Positions 28,475-38,702 of a DNA stretch of 64,000 nt are shown here, piece by piece (positions within the stretch are counted from its first letter, which is position 1; each line of letters starts with the position of its first letter). The position numbers were made by a program, and so were the translations under genes. Source of the DNA: Candidatus Undinarchaeales archaeon (GTDB lineage Archaea; SpSt-1190; JASMDC01); contig JASMDC010000001.1 of assembly GCA_030753015.1 (NCBI GenBank), positions 1 to 64,000 on the forward strand. The letters run 5' to 3'. The notes under the pieces are model-generated. The model saw only the letters and a program-made list of their open reading frames with translations. It did no database searches and was not told the DNA's origin.

Positions 28475-29671
28475 ATGGAGGTCGGCATCGTCGGCAAGCC
28501 CAACGTGGGCAAATCAACCTTCTTTCGCGCAGCGACCCTGGCAGAGGCCGAGGTCGCGAACTACCCCTTCACGACCATCAAGGCGAACGTGGGTGTGGGT
28601 TACACGCGGGCGCCCTGTCCCCATACGGAGCTGGGCACGCCCTGCTCCCCGCGCAACTCGGAATGTGCCGAGGGCATCCGGCTGGTCCCCATGCGCATGA
28701 TCGACGTGGCGGGACTGGTCCCGGGCGCCAGCGAGGGCAAGGGGCTGGGGAACCAGTTCCTCGACGACCTCAGGCAGGCGTCGGTGCTCATCCATGTCGT
28801 TGACGCATCTGGCACCACCGATATCGAGGGCAAGGCCTGTGACGAACACGATCCGTGCGAGGACGTGCGGTTTCTGGAGGAGGAGATCGTGGCGTGGTTC
28901 GCCAACATCCTCAAGAAGAGCTGGACCCGGTTCTCCCGACGCGTGCAGTTCGAGCACCTCAAGTTCGAGGTGGTGGTGGCGGAGCAGTTCACGGGACTGG
29001 GAGTGAACGAGGACCACGTGCGCCAAGCGCTCAGGCTCTCCGGTGTCGATGCCGAGAAACCGGCCCAGTGGTCGGACGACGACATCCACACGTTCTGCTC
29101 TGCACTGCGCGCGATAGCAAAGCCGATCATCATCGCCGCCAACAAGGCCGACAACCCGAAGGCCGCTGAGAACCTAGAAGTGCTCAAGAAGACATTCCCG
29201 GACACGCTCGTCGTCCCTACCTGCGCCGAGGCCGAACTGGCATTGCGCAACGCCGCACGCGGGGGTGTCGTGGACTACGTCCCCGGGGCCGAGGACTTCA
29301 AAATCAATGAGGATGCAAAGCTTAATGACAAGCAGCGGCACGGCCTGGAGCTCATCCGCGACCGTGTCATCCGGCCCCTGAAAGGTACAGGCATCCAGAA
29401 GGTACTGGACACCGCTGTAAAGGACCTGCTCAAGCTCATCGTCGTGTACCCCGTCGAGGACGAGAACAAATGGGCCGATGGTAAGGGCAACGTACTCCCC
29501 GACGCCTATCTGGTCCCTCAGGGTATCACCGCCCGCCAGCTCGCCTACCGGATCCACACGGACATCGGCGAGAAGTTCGTATGCGCCGTCGACGGCCGCT
29601 CCAAGCGCCGGATGGGTGAATCGCACGTGCTGGACGATGGCGCCGTCATCTCCATCATGGCGAAAAAATGA
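28475..29671 (+). CDS. ychF: YchF/Obg-family ATPase, archaeal type
   Basis: GKPNVGKST, NYPFTTI, DVAGLV, GLGNQFL, NKAD, TGS domain. Confidence 0.9.
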   Translation: MEVGIVGKPNVGKSTFFRAATLAEAEVANYPFTTIKANVGVGYTRAPCPHTELGTPCSPRNSECAEGIRLVPMRMIDVAGLVPGASEGKGLGNQFLDDLRQASVLIHVVDASGTTDIEGKACDEHDPCEDVRFLEEEIVAWFANILKKSWTRFSRRVQFEHLKFEVVVAEQFTGLGVNEDHVRQALRLSGVDAEKPAQWSDDDIHTFCSALRAIAKPIIIAANKADNPKAAENLEVLKKTFPDTLVVPTCAEAELALRNAARGGVVDYVPGAEDFKINEDAKLNDKQRHGLELIRDRVIRPLKGTGIQKVLDTAVKDLLKLIVVYPVEDENKWADGKGNVLPDAYLVPQGITARQLAYRIHTDIGEKFVCAVDGRSKRRMGESHVLDDGAVISIMAKK

Positions 29672-29769
29672 GCGTGCGGCCTGCTAGACAAGCTTTATAA
29701 TGTTTGATGGGGGCGTCGATGGCAGGGTGTCGTATGGCGAGAACGACGCTTTGATGCGAGGTAACGTGG

Positions 29770-29988
29770 ATGCTCGGACTTGATGAGAACGGCATCGATC
29801 CGCTTTCCGTTATCTTTGTTACCACCCTCGCCGGTGCCCTGGTGCTCCTGGCAGTCTTCCTCCTCGACATCCTCGGTGAGGAGGAGGGTGCGGAGGGGGC
29901 CCTCGTGTACCTCAAGGACGCCGCCTCCTACTTCTCCGTGGCGGTGCTCCTCTTCATAATCCTTCACATGTTCCTCGTTGAGGGTTGA
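29770..29988 (+). CDS. Small two-TM membrane protein
   Basis: 72-aa ORF with two hydrophobic helices. Confidence 0.5.
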   Translation: MLGLDENGIDPLSVIFVTTLAGALVLLAVFLLDILGEEEGAEGALVYLKDAASYFSVAVLLFIILHMFLVEG

Positions 29989-30047
29989 GCACCGGTACGT
30001 TCAGGCCGCGGTTCGGTGGACACCAACATTTCCATTGACAATTAGGA

Positions 30048-30178
30048 CCCTATCGCTCTCCATAGTGAGCAGTAGGGAGAAAAACGGGAGGCGGAACTGG
30101 CAGCTAAACGTAAAGGACGTTTGACCGCTCAGGGAGTTTCCGCCCCCCAGGGAGCCTCGGGTGGCACACGTGGCTCCC
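30048..30178. other. Tandem-hairpin structured intergenic element (candidate ncRNA)
   Basis: Three adjacent stems: 30048-30077, 30086-30148 (inner AAACGT/ACGTTT) and 30150-30178. Confidence 0.4.
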
Positions 30179-30344
30179 GTTGATATTTTGTCACAGGGAG
30201 GGTATATAGATTAGGTTAAAAAGATATATAAGGTATATACAACCTGTATTTTTTCCGTATAGATTAACACATGTCATTGAGCCGTTTTCTGGCGAGAAAG
30301 GAATGACGGGCCCCGCTTGTACGGAACCCGTCGCACTTCCCGAC

Positions 30345-31277
30345 CTACGCCTTGGGATCCTTGAGTGGGATCTCGCCCTCGATGCCATAGAAGTCACGGA
30401 TGTCCGCATCCACGCGCTTCTGCATCTCGGCGATCTCCTCATCCATGAGGTGCTTGAAGCGTCCCTGTGCTTTTACATAGGTCTCGATGGTCTCGAAGGC
30501 CTTTGGGCGGCGCTGGATGGACATCCGTCCTTCTTTGAGCTCGGAGAGCTTCCACATCCCACAAGCGTGGGCCATCCGGGCCAGCTTGATGCTCAGACGC
30601 CCCTCGTACTTCCAGCCGGCGGGGCACGGCGCGTGCACCTGGATGAAAGCGGGCCCCTTAGTATCCTTGGCTGCTTTGACCTTCTTCTGGAAGTCCTTGG
30701 GGTAGCCCACGGACGCTGTGGCCATGTAGGGGATGTTGTGCGCGGCGATGATCTTTGGGATGTCCTTCTTGAACTCCCGCTTGTATTGCCGGTTCTTGCC
30801 CACTGGTGTCGTCGTGGTCCAGGCACCGTAGGGCGTGGATCCGGAGCGCTGGATGCCCGTGTTCATGTAGGCCTCGTTGTCGTAGCAGATGTAGATGAAA
30901 TCATGGCCGCGCTCGATGGCACCCGAGAGGGCCTGAATGCCGATGTCCACCGTGCCGCCGTCGCCAGCGAAGGCAAGGATGGTGGTCTCGTCCGCGTCAC
31001 CGCGGCGCTTGAGCGCAGCCTCCAATCCGGACACTGCAGCGCCGGCCGCCGCGAACGCGATGTTCATGATCGGTACGTTGAAGCAGCTCTTGGGGTAGAG
31101 CCCCTCGATGACGGACATGCAGCATGCGGGCACCACGACCATGGTCCTCTTCCCCAACGTCTCCAGTGCCAGCCGGATAGCAAGTGATCCGCCACAGCCG
31201 GGGCAGGCGGCATTGCCAGGGAGCATCACCGTCTCGGTATCGTCCGTTCCTACGAGCTTGTCGGTCATGGTCATCAT
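30345..31277 (-). CDS. porB: Pyruvate/2-oxoacid:ferredoxin oxidoreductase beta subunit
   Basis: ACPGCG, GDGG, DNEAYMNTGIQRS, PCP. Confidence 0.9.
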   Translation of the reverse strand: MMTMTDKLVGTDDTETVMLPGNAACPGCGGSLAIRLALETLGKRTMVVVPACCMSVIEGLYPKSCFNVPIMNIAFAAAGAAVSGLEAALKRRGDADETTILAFAGDGGTVDIGIQALSGAIERGHDFIYICYDNEAYMNTGIQRSGSTPYGAWTTTTPVGKNRQYKREFKKDIPKIIAAHNIPYMATASVGYPKDFQKKVKAAKDTKGPAFIQVHAPCPAGWKYEGRLSIKLARMAHACGMWKLSELKEGRMSIQRRPKAFETIETYVKAQGRFKHLMDEEIAEMQKRVDADIRDFYGIEGEIPLKDPKA

Positions 31278-32440
31278 GCCTCCTTGAGCCCCAGCCATGT
31301 GGGGTGCGTGGACGAGCCGCCCTTGAGGGCCTGCTCGCCGATAGTCTCGATCTGAGCTGGCGAGACCTCCCTGCCACCGATACCGGTGACATGGGACTGG
31401 ATCGCAGGACGCTCGTCCATGTCGTAGCAGGCGGCCATGATATCGCTAGCGATCTGGCCCTTGGCGCCCATGGGGATAGCGCGGTCCAGGACCGCGATTG
31501 TCCCGACCCGAGCGGCCAGCCTTCGCACGTCCTCGTCAGGGAACGGTCGGTAGGAACGGAGCTTGAGCAGCCCCACCTTCTTGCCCTTCTTTCGGAGGCT
31601 GTCTACTGCGACACGAGCGTTGCCCGCCACGGCACCGACAGCGACAAGGACCGCATCGGCGTCCTCGCACCGGTACTCCTCAACGAGCCCGTAAGGGCGT
31701 CCGAACACATCGCCGAACTCCTTACCGACCTCTGCAAGCACGCGCTTGGCCGCGGTCATGGACTCCTCGATACCGTACTTGAGCTCCATGTAGTAATCGG
31801 GGCTCATGATGTTGCCGAAGGTGGCGGGATTGTCACAGTCCATCTTGAACAGCGGCTTGCGCTTCCCGAGGAACTTGTCCACTAGCTTCTGGTCGGGCAT
31901 CACCACCTCGGCCGAAGTGTGCGAAAGGATGAACGCGTCCTGACAGAAGAACAGCGGCAGCTGGACGTCCGGATGCTCTGCGATCTTGAAGGCCTGGATG
32001 CAGGTGTCAAGCACCTCCTGGTTGTTCTCCACGTAGAGTTGCATCCAGCCGGTGTCCCTGGCGGAGATGCTGTCCTGGTGGTCGGACCAGATTGCCCATG
32101 GCGGGCCCATGGAGCGGTTGACCATGCCCATGACTATGGGCAGCCTGGCGTGGGCGGCCCAGTGGAGCATCTCGTGCATGTACGCAAGGCCGTGGGACGA
32201 GGTGGCGGTGAACACCCGCACCCCGCCAAAGGAGGCTCCGATGGAAGCCGCCATGGCCGAGTGCTCGCTCTCGACGCGGATGAACTCGCAGTCCATCTTC
32301 CCGTCGGCCACGAACTCCGAGATGTGCTCCACGATCTGTGTCTGGGGCGTGATGGGGTAGGCGGCCACCACGTCGGCCCGCGCCATACGGGCGCCGTGGG
32401 CGGTGGCCATGTTACCTGTAACGAATTCCCGAGTGGTCAT
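31274..32440 (-). CDS. porA: Pyruvate/2-oxoacid:ferredoxin oxidoreductase alpha subunit
   Basis: AYPITPQT, ESEHSA, TATSSHGL, RPFP. Confidence 0.9.
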   Translation of the reverse strand: MTTREFVTGNMATAHGARMARADVVAAYPITPQTQIVEHISEFVADGKMDCEFIRVESEHSAMAASIGASFGGVRVFTATSSHGLAYMHEMLHWAAHARLPIVMGMVNRSMGPPWAIWSDHQDSISARDTGWMQLYVENNQEVLDTCIQAFKIAEHPDVQLPLFFCQDAFILSHTSAEVVMPDQKLVDKFLGKRKPLFKMDCDNPATFGNIMSPDYYMELKYGIEESMTAAKRVLAEVGKEFGDVFGRPYGLVEEYRCEDADAVLVAVGAVAGNARVAVDSLRKKGKKVGLLKLRSYRPFPDEDVRRLAARVGTIAVLDRAIPMGAKGQIASDIMAACYDMDERPAIQSHVTGIGGREVSPAQIETIGEQALKGGSSTHPTWLGLKEA

Positions 32441-32709
32441 AGTGTCTCCCTCCGCATGGTGATGGCCGCAACGGGGCACTCCTCGGCGCACACGCCACAG
32501 CCTTTACAATAATCCATGTCGATGGTGATTGTCTTGGGCTCGATGCAGCCCTCGGGGCAGAACGTGACGCACAGGCCACAGGAGTTGCACTTCTCGTCGT
32601 TCTTCTCCGGCCGTTCGGTGCGCCAGTCGCCAGTGTGGCCCATGGCCCCCTTCTGGGGCACGGACATGCCACATATGGGCACCCCACGCTTCAGCTTCAC
32701 TGTGGTCAT
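32437..32709 (-). CDS. porD: 2-oxoacid:ferredoxin oxidoreductase delta subunit
   Basis: TGDWRTERP and two CxxCxxCxxxCP motifs. Confidence 0.9.
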   Translation of the reverse strand: MTTVKLKRGVPICGMSVPQKGAMGHTGDWRTERPEKNDEKCNSCGLCVTFCPEGCIEPKTITIDMDYCKGCGVCAEECPVAAITMRRETL

Positions 32710-33245
32710 ACCTTCGCCTCCTTATAGGCGCGGGTGACGGCCCGCACGTTATTCTCGGCGATTTTCCCGTCGAAGACCTTCTTGATCGCCTTCACCAGGG
32801 ACTCGAGCTTCACGATACCGGTGGCCTTGCTCAGGGCACCGAGGATGGGCGTGTTGACGATAGGCCGCCCAAGCTCCTCTTGGGCGATGGTGCGCGCGTC
32901 CACCGTCGCGACCTTCGTCCCTGTGGGAAGATCCAGCTCCTTCGCGGAGCGCTCGGTATTGACGACGACGATGCCCCCGGACTTGAGGCCGGAGGTGACA
33001 TCGAGGACCTTCAGCAGGGGGGGATCGAGCACGACGACGCAGTCGGGTTCGTGGATCTGCGTGTGGATGCGGATCTCCGCATCATCGATCCGGGTGAAAG
33101 CCACCACGGGCGCGCCCCTCCGTTCGCAGCCGAAATGTGGGAACGCCTGGGTATGGTTGTCCTCCAGAAAAGCTGCATGTGCCAGCAGCTTGGCCGCCGT
33201 AACGGAGCCCTGGCCGCCCCGGCCATGGAACCGTACCTCGTACAT
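32706..33245 (-). CDS. porG: 2-oxoacid:ferredoxin oxidoreductase gamma subunit
   Basis: [27 protein letters not shown]. Confidence 0.9.
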   Translation of the reverse strand: MYEVRFHGRGGQGSVTAAKLLAHAAFLEDNHTQAFPHFGCERRGAPVVAFTRIDDAEIRIHTQIHEPDCVVVLDPPLLKVLDVTSGLKSGGIVVVNTERSAKELDLPTGTKVATVDARTIAQEELGRPIVNTPILGALSKATGIVKLESLVKAIKKVFDGKIAENNVRAVTRAYKEAKV

Positions 33246-33246
33246 C

Positions 33247-35277
33247 TCAGAGCACCTTGGCCCCTGCGTCCAGCTCCTTATCGATTGTGAGGAGGCCAAC
33301 GTCCTCGCCCACCTCTGCCGCCAGAAGCATACCATTCGATATGATGCCGCGAATCTTTGCGGGCTTGAGGTTGATCAGGACAACGATCCGCCGTCCGGGC
33401 AGGTCCTCGGCCTTGTACTGGTCGGCGATGCCCGCTACGAGCGTGCGCGGCTCCTCCTCGCCCACGTCCACCGTGAGCTTAAGGAGTTTCTTGGTGCCCT
33501 CCACCTGCTCGGCCGTCTTGATGACGGCCACACGGAGGTCGATCTTCTCGAACTCATCGAACGTAATCATCGGTTTTCCACCTTCTTTCTTCTTTGTTTC
33601 CTTCACGACCGACTTCGACTTCGCGGCCTTTTTCTTCTTATTCTCGTCCTCGATCTTTACGAAGAGTGGTGTGGGCTCGGGCACCGCGGTACCGGCCTCG
33701 ACAGTGACCACTTCGTCCCATGCCCGCTCCTCGGCCAGCCCCTCGCTCCCGACGGCCTCCCACATTAGCTGGGCGGACCGTGGGATGAACGGCGAGCTGA
33801 CTACCGCAAGCGCACCGACGACCTGGGCACAGAGGTTGATAGCCGTGCCCGCAGCGACAGGGTCGGTCTTCATCGTCTTCCAAGGCGCTCGGTCGTTGAA
33901 GAAACGGTTGCCCTCCTTGGCCAGCATGATTACCTCGTGGAGGGCGCCCTTCAGGTCATAGACGTCCATGCGCGCGTCGATCTTCTGCCGTGCCTTCTCG
34001 ATGGTGGCTAAAAGCTCCTGGTCCGCTTCGGCTAGAGGACCCCGTTCCGGGATCTTTCCACCGAAGAACCGGTGGGTGAACGTGAGAGTTCGGTGGACGA
34101 AGTTGCCCATGATGTCGGCGAGCTCGTCATTGATCCGTCGCTTGAGCTCGGCCATGGAGAAGTCCGTGTCCCGGGTCTGGGGTGCGTTGGCGAGCAGAGC
34201 GTACCGCCAGTAATCGACGGGATATATGTCCAGGGCCTGGTCGATCCATATGCCCACGCCACGGCTCTTGGAGAACTTCTGCCCCTCGAAGTTTAGGTAC
34301 TCGAAGCTGGCGATGTAGTGGGGGAGGTTGAAGTCCTCGCGCATACCGATGAGCATGCCGGGCCAGATGATGGTGTGGAAGGGCACGTTATCCTTCCCGA
34401 GGAAATGGATGAGCTTGGCCTCATCGTTGTACCAGTACTTCTTCCACTCGTCCGTTCTGCCCTCGTTCTCACACCACTCGATGGTGGAGGATATGTAGCC
34501 GATGGGAGCGTCGAACCATACGTAGATGACCTTGCCCTCGGCATCCTCCAGGGGAACGGGGACGCCCCACTCTATGTCCCGGGTGATGGCCCGGGGCTTG
34601 AGCCCCTCCTTGATCCATGCCAAGGGGAAGTTCCGGGCGTTGGCGGGCCAGTCGGTCTTGGCCTCCAGCCATGTTTTCAGCTCGGGTGCGAGCTTGGGGA
34701 GGTCGAGGAACCAGTGGGCTGTGATCCGCCACTCGGGTTTCGTGTGACAGGTGACGCAGTACGGTTCCTCCAGGTCCTCGGGATCGTGGACGGTCTGGCA
34801 GGCATCGCACTGGTCGCCCCGAGCGCCCTCGGCGCCACAGTTGGGGCATATGCCCTCCACGTACCGGTCCGGCAGGAAATGCTCGCACGTGGGGCAGAAC
34901 GGGAGGTTCATGTCCTCCTTGTGGATATAGCCGTTCTCGTGCAGCTTTGTGAAGAAGTGTGTGGTCATCTCGTAGTGGATCGGCTTGGTGGTCCGTGAGA
35001 AGTTATCGAACTTGATGTCGAACCGCTCGAAGCAGTCCTTGATGATGGCGTAGTACTTGTCAGCGAGCTCCCGCGGTGTTACACCCTCCTTCCTGGCCGA
35101 CACGGTGATGGGCGTCCCGTGCTCGTCGGTCCCGCAGATGTAGATGACCTCCTTGCCCTTCATCCTCAGCCAGCGGGAGTAGACGTCGGCCGGGAGGACC
35201 GATCCTATGAGGTTCCCCAGGTGAGGGATGTTGTTGACGTACGGCAGCGCCGAGGTCACGATGTAGCGTTCAGCCAT
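33247..35277 (-). CDS. metG: Methionine--tRNA ligase with C-terminal tRNA-binding domain
   Basis: SALPYVN..HLGN, GTDEHG, Zn knuckles, KFSKS, C-terminal SNGMLLAA. Confidence 0.97.
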   Translation of the reverse strand: MAERYIVTSALPYVNNIPHLGNLIGSVLPADVYSRWLRMKGKEVIYICGTDEHGTPITVSARKEGVTPRELADKYYAIIKDCFERFDIKFDNFSRTTKPIHYEMTTHFFTKLHENGYIHKEDMNLPFCPTCEHFLPDRYVEGICPNCGAEGARGDQCDACQTVHDPEDLEEPYCVTCHTKPEWRITAHWFLDLPKLAPELKTWLEAKTDWPANARNFPLAWIKEGLKPRAITRDIEWGVPVPLEDAEGKVIYVWFDAPIGYISSTIEWCENEGRTDEWKKYWYNDEAKLIHFLGKDNVPFHTIIWPGMLIGMREDFNLPHYIASFEYLNFEGQKFSKSRGVGIWIDQALDIYPVDYWRYALLANAPQTRDTDFSMAELKRRINDELADIMGNFVHRTLTFTHRFFGGKIPERGPLAEADQELLATIEKARQKIDARMDVYDLKGALHEVIMLAKEGNRFFNDRAPWKTMKTDPVAAGTAINLCAQVVGALAVVSSPFIPRSAQLMWEAVGSEGLAEERAWDEVVTVEAGTAVPEPTPLFVKIEDENKKKKAAKSKSVVKETKKKEGGKPMITFDEFEKIDLRVAVIKTAEQVEGTKKLLKLTVDVGEEEPRTLVAGIADQYKAEDLPGRRIVVLINLKPAKIRGIISNGMLLAAEVGEDVGLLTIDKELDAGAKVL

Positions 35278-35466
35278 GGCCGTCCCTGTGGTTGCAGTCG
35301 GGGTAGATTTTAATAGGTTCCCCCGGAGGCCGGCGGATGCCGCCGCGTGGTGCCGTGCCGCATCCTCACATGCTTCCCTGCCGGTCAAGCCCCCGGAGTT
35401 CACCCTCTCGCGGCGTCCAACATCTTTTTAACTTTCCGGGCACTTAGTGTCTACTGGAGACCCGTG

Positions 35467-36585
35467 ATGCTCGAGGGGGAGATACGCGCGCTCGCCCAAC
35501 GTCTCAAGGGCGAGGCCGCACAGCGCAAGGACCTGGCGCATTCGCTGCGACAGGTGCACCGGGAGGTATCCATCACCGAGGTCGACGAGCACGGTGATAC
35601 TGTCATCGACGACCGGCTCATCGAGCGGGTGCAGGGGGACGCGGCCCACACCACCATCGCCGGGATCGACGGAGGGCTCCTGACCCGCGAGTGCCACGGT
35701 ATCGACATAATCATGACCCGGGCCGTGGGGGTCCGGTTCGGGTACACTGACGGCCGGATCGATCAGTGCGACTATCTGCCTGCTCCGATCGTGACGCCCA
35801 CGATCACCGTGGTGACCGAGCCCCTCTCAGAGAGCGACCTCCGGCTCCGGGCCGGGATGGAGCGCCAGATGGCCGAGCTGGCCACGGCCGCCCGGATGGC
35901 GCGCACACACGCCCCGGACCTCCTGCTCATGGACGGTTCCGTGGCGCCCCACCCTTCCCTCCAACCCCCGGCCGACTCGACAATGAAGGACATGTACCAC
36001 GCCCTCATGGACCGGTACGTGGACCTCTACAAGGCCTGTGAGCGCGCAGGCAGCCAGCTCGCGGGGGTGGTGGAGGACTCCCGGGGGACCCGGTTCTCGA
36101 TGGTGCTGGCGGACAGGATCGTCCCCAACCTGGACCCAGGGACCGTGAACGCCGACGCGGGCGACATGCTGCGCAGGAGCAGGGACACGCCCCTCCTCAC
36201 CCACCTCATGGAACAGCGGGAGCGGACCTTCGTGTTCAAGTACTCGCGACGCGCCTACGACCATCCCATGCTCCGGGACCTAGGCACGTGGGGCGAGCGG
36301 GTGCACTCGTTCTATCTCCGGACCGCGGCCCTCGACAGACCGGTCCGGGTGGACTTCCTTGTCTCGGCAGGGAACATCAGCAAGCAGGCCGACGCACTGG
36401 CCGCCACGCTCCTGGCGATCTCGGGACACCACGACCTCTACGGCATCCCCACGGTGCTCATCGAGGCCGATGGCCGGGCCAAGCTCTCCCAGGACGATAT
36501 CGAGATGGTCCACGCGCTCATCGCCGATATGATGGGCGGGCCGCCGGGATCGATGGACCTTCGACGGCATGGGAGGCCGTTCTAG
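35467..36585 (+). CDS. nurA: NurA nuclease
   Basis: IAGIDGG, LLLMDGS, GVVEDS, YGIPTVLIEAD. Confidence 0.85.
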   Translation: MLEGEIRALAQRLKGEAAQRKDLAHSLRQVHREVSITEVDEHGDTVIDDRLIERVQGDAAHTTIAGIDGGLLTRECHGIDIIMTRAVGVRFGYTDGRIDQCDYLPAPIVTPTITVVTEPLSESDLRLRAGMERQMAELATAARMARTHAPDLLLMDGSVAPHPSLQPPADSTMKDMYHALMDRYVDLYKACERAGSQLAGVVEDSRGTRFSMVLADRIVPNLDPGTVNADAGDMLRRSRDTPLLTHLMEQRERTFVFKYSRRAYDHPMLRDLGTWGERVHSFYLRTAALDRPVRVDFLVSAGNISKQADALAATLLAISGHHDLYGIPTVLIEADGRAKLSQDDIEMVHALIADMMGGPPGSMDLRRHGRPF

Positions 36586-36586
36586 G

Positions 36587-37807
36587 ATGGCCCGGCGCAC
36601 GACGCTCATGGTCCTTGCCTTCGTGGCTATACTGGCGGTCGGCCTCCCCCCTTCCCCAGCCATGAACGTGGACGTGACGCTCGAGCCCCCCGGAGTGGAG
36701 CGTGGCCAGACGACCGTCCTGAGGTTCACGCTGGTCAACAACCTGCGCATGCCCCGTAACGCCACGGTCGCCATCGGGCTTCCGGAGGGCGTAGCCCTGG
36801 TCAATGCCACAGTCCCACTGGGATCCGGTCTACCGCTCGTTCACGAGGCGGTGCTTGGAGCACATGAGGTCATCACAGGGGATCTTTTGCTTAGGGTGGA
36901 CGCGAACGGGCCGCGGACCGTCGCGTTCGCAGTGTCGTTCCCCGCTGGAGGCGAGGGTTCCCCGATCATCACTCTCGAGCGCGAGCTGGGGATCCTTGTC
37001 CTCGACCAGCTCCCGGTCATCCCATCGGTGACCTTCGACGATGTTCCAGCCACCGCTCCGGACGCTCCTGCGATGCTCAGGCTCCTGGGAGCTAACGCTG
37101 ATACAGAGATCGCTGTGGAGGTGATGGCGTCGTGCGAGCTCCCGGCCGGGCTCGGACCTCCGGGCGACGCGCCCAGCACGCACCTGACCGTCGGACCACT
37201 TACCATCGGTCCGAACGGGACCGTGGAGCACGAGGTTGCCCTCGTTTCAGTGCGCACCGGTGAACGGTGGCTCTCCTGCCAGACGGCCTTCCGCCCCACA
37301 GGTACCGACGACTGGATCCCCATAGAGGAGGGGGTGCCGGTAGCGCTCCACTTCCCCCAGTTCAGCCCGCGAGCATCGACGCCCGATGAAGTGGGCCCCG
37401 ATCCCGCCGTCAAGTCCACGATGCTCAAGGACGTGGCAGTGCTCCGTACAAGGACCGAAGTGGCCTTCTTCAACGGCCTGCTCACCGACGAGCAGGTGGC
37501 CGGAATGATCGCCTCCCTGGAGGAGGGGCGGACGATGGTGGAGCAGGGTTCCATGGACCGGGCCGCGGAGCGAGTGAAGGTCGTGAACGCGACATTGGAG
37601 AACGTCGCACGCCAGCGGCTCCAGGGCAGGGTACGCGCTGCTCTCGCCGTGATAGTTGTGCTGCTCGCCCTCATCGGCACGTCGTTCATCCTGCACAACA
37701 AGCCCGAGCGGGGCCGCTGCTCCTACTGTGGCCATGTCCTGGGCGTGAACGGGAGCTGTACCTACTGCTCTGATAGATACTCACGGGCGCCGGAGCGACC
37801 CATCTAG
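36587..37807 (+). CDS. Secreted/membrane-anchored protein with Ig-like regions and a C-terminal Zn ribbon
   Basis: Signal peptide, beta-rich region, TM, then CSYC...CTYC. Confidence 0.7.
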   Translation: MARRTTLMVLAFVAILAVGLPPSPAMNVDVTLEPPGVERGQTTVLRFTLVNNLRMPRNATVAIGLPEGVALVNATVPLGSGLPLVHEAVLGAHEVITGDLLLRVDANGPRTVAFAVSFPAGGEGSPIITLERELGILVLDQLPVIPSVTFDDVPATAPDAPAMLRLLGANADTEIAVEVMASCELPAGLGPPGDAPSTHLTVGPLTIGPNGTVEHEVALVSVRTGERWLSCQTAFRPTGTDDWIPIEEGVPVALHFPQFSPRASTPDEVGPDPAVKSTMLKDVAVLRTRTEVAFFNGLLTDEQVAGMIASLEEGRTMVEQGSMDRAAERVKVVNATLENVARQRLQGRVRAALAVIVVLLALIGTSFILHNKPERGRCSYCGHVLGVNGSCTYCSDRYSRAPERPI

Positions 37808-37812
37808 GTCCT

Positions 37813-38631
37813 CTATCGGGTGACCGCCTGAACGAGCTCGGCGGCCAGCTTCTCCTCCTCCTGAGGGGAGAGCCTGACCTCTTCGGGGGTGACCTTCAGG
37901 TACTTGGCGACGCCGGCATAGATGCCCGGCAGGGACCGGAGCACGCGCTCGCGGGTGATGCCGCTGGCGGGACCGAGGGTGCCCTTCTGCACCAGGTTCG
38001 CGAGGAACCGGCCGACGAGCTGGTACTTGTCCTGCGGCAGCCCCTCACCGGACCGTCGTTTGGAGCGCATGACCTTCTCGGGCGAGATGCGGGTAGCGTT
38101 GGCCCACACGCCCATAGTCTGCTCCATCTTGTCGAGCACACCATCGATGCGCTCGAGCACATCGTCGGTTGCCTTCCGCTCACCGGCTCCCGGTCGGGGC
38201 GGTGCCCCCGGTCTCTGTTGAGCTGCCATCGTCGCCGGACGGACGCGGGGTGCCGGGCCCGCGACGGTGGTGCGGACCTGGGCAGTCGGTTTCACAGCGG
38301 GTTGGCCCTTGAGCTCCTTGAAAGCGCTGGACCGCTCCAAGGCGGTGATATGGTCCTCGAGCAGTCCGATGTCGTGCTCAAGGATCCGGGACTCGTCGAC
38401 GGTGATGGGGACCGATGCCTCCTCCTCGACCTCCTCGAAGCGGTGCTCGAGCTCACGGATGCGGCGCTCTTCGCCCTTCCACCCTTTGATACGGTCGATG
38501 TTCCCTTCCATCCAGTTGTGGAGGCGGGCCTTGTCCCGGTCGATGCGCTCGACGATCTCGCGGCTAGGACCCTCAGGTGGTGTGGTCTTCTTCATTACCT
38601 TCCGGATGACACGTCGTCCTACTGTCGGCAT
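37813..38631 (-). CDS. Hypothetical protein (coiled-coil plus Pro/Ala linker)
   Basis: ORF divergent from herA across an AT-rich TATA region. Confidence 0.65.
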   Translation of the reverse strand: MPTVGRRVIRKVMKKTTPPEGPSREIVERIDRDKARLHNWMEGNIDRIKGWKGEERRIRELEHRFEEVEEEASVPITVDESRILEHDIGLLEDHITALERSSAFKELKGQPAVKPTAQVRTTVAGPAPRVRPATMAAQQRPGAPPRPGAGERKATDDVLERIDGVLDKMEQTMGVWANATRISPEKVMRSKRRSGEGLPQDKYQLVGRFLANLVQKGTLGPASGITRERVLRSLPGIYAGVAKYLKVTPEEVRLSPQEEEKLAAELVQAVTR

Positions 38632-38702
38632 TGTAAGGCCCCGTCTTAACTGGAACAGTTGTGAGTAAATCTTTTTATTTAAAGGTGCGGTGGAAGTCAC
38701 CG

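Noticed and set aside
30020-30280. Replication origin, tRNA, 5S rRNA or SECIS
   Set aside because: No repeated ORB boxes or adjacent cdc6, no cloverleaf or 5S motifs, and no Sec codon in flanking genes.
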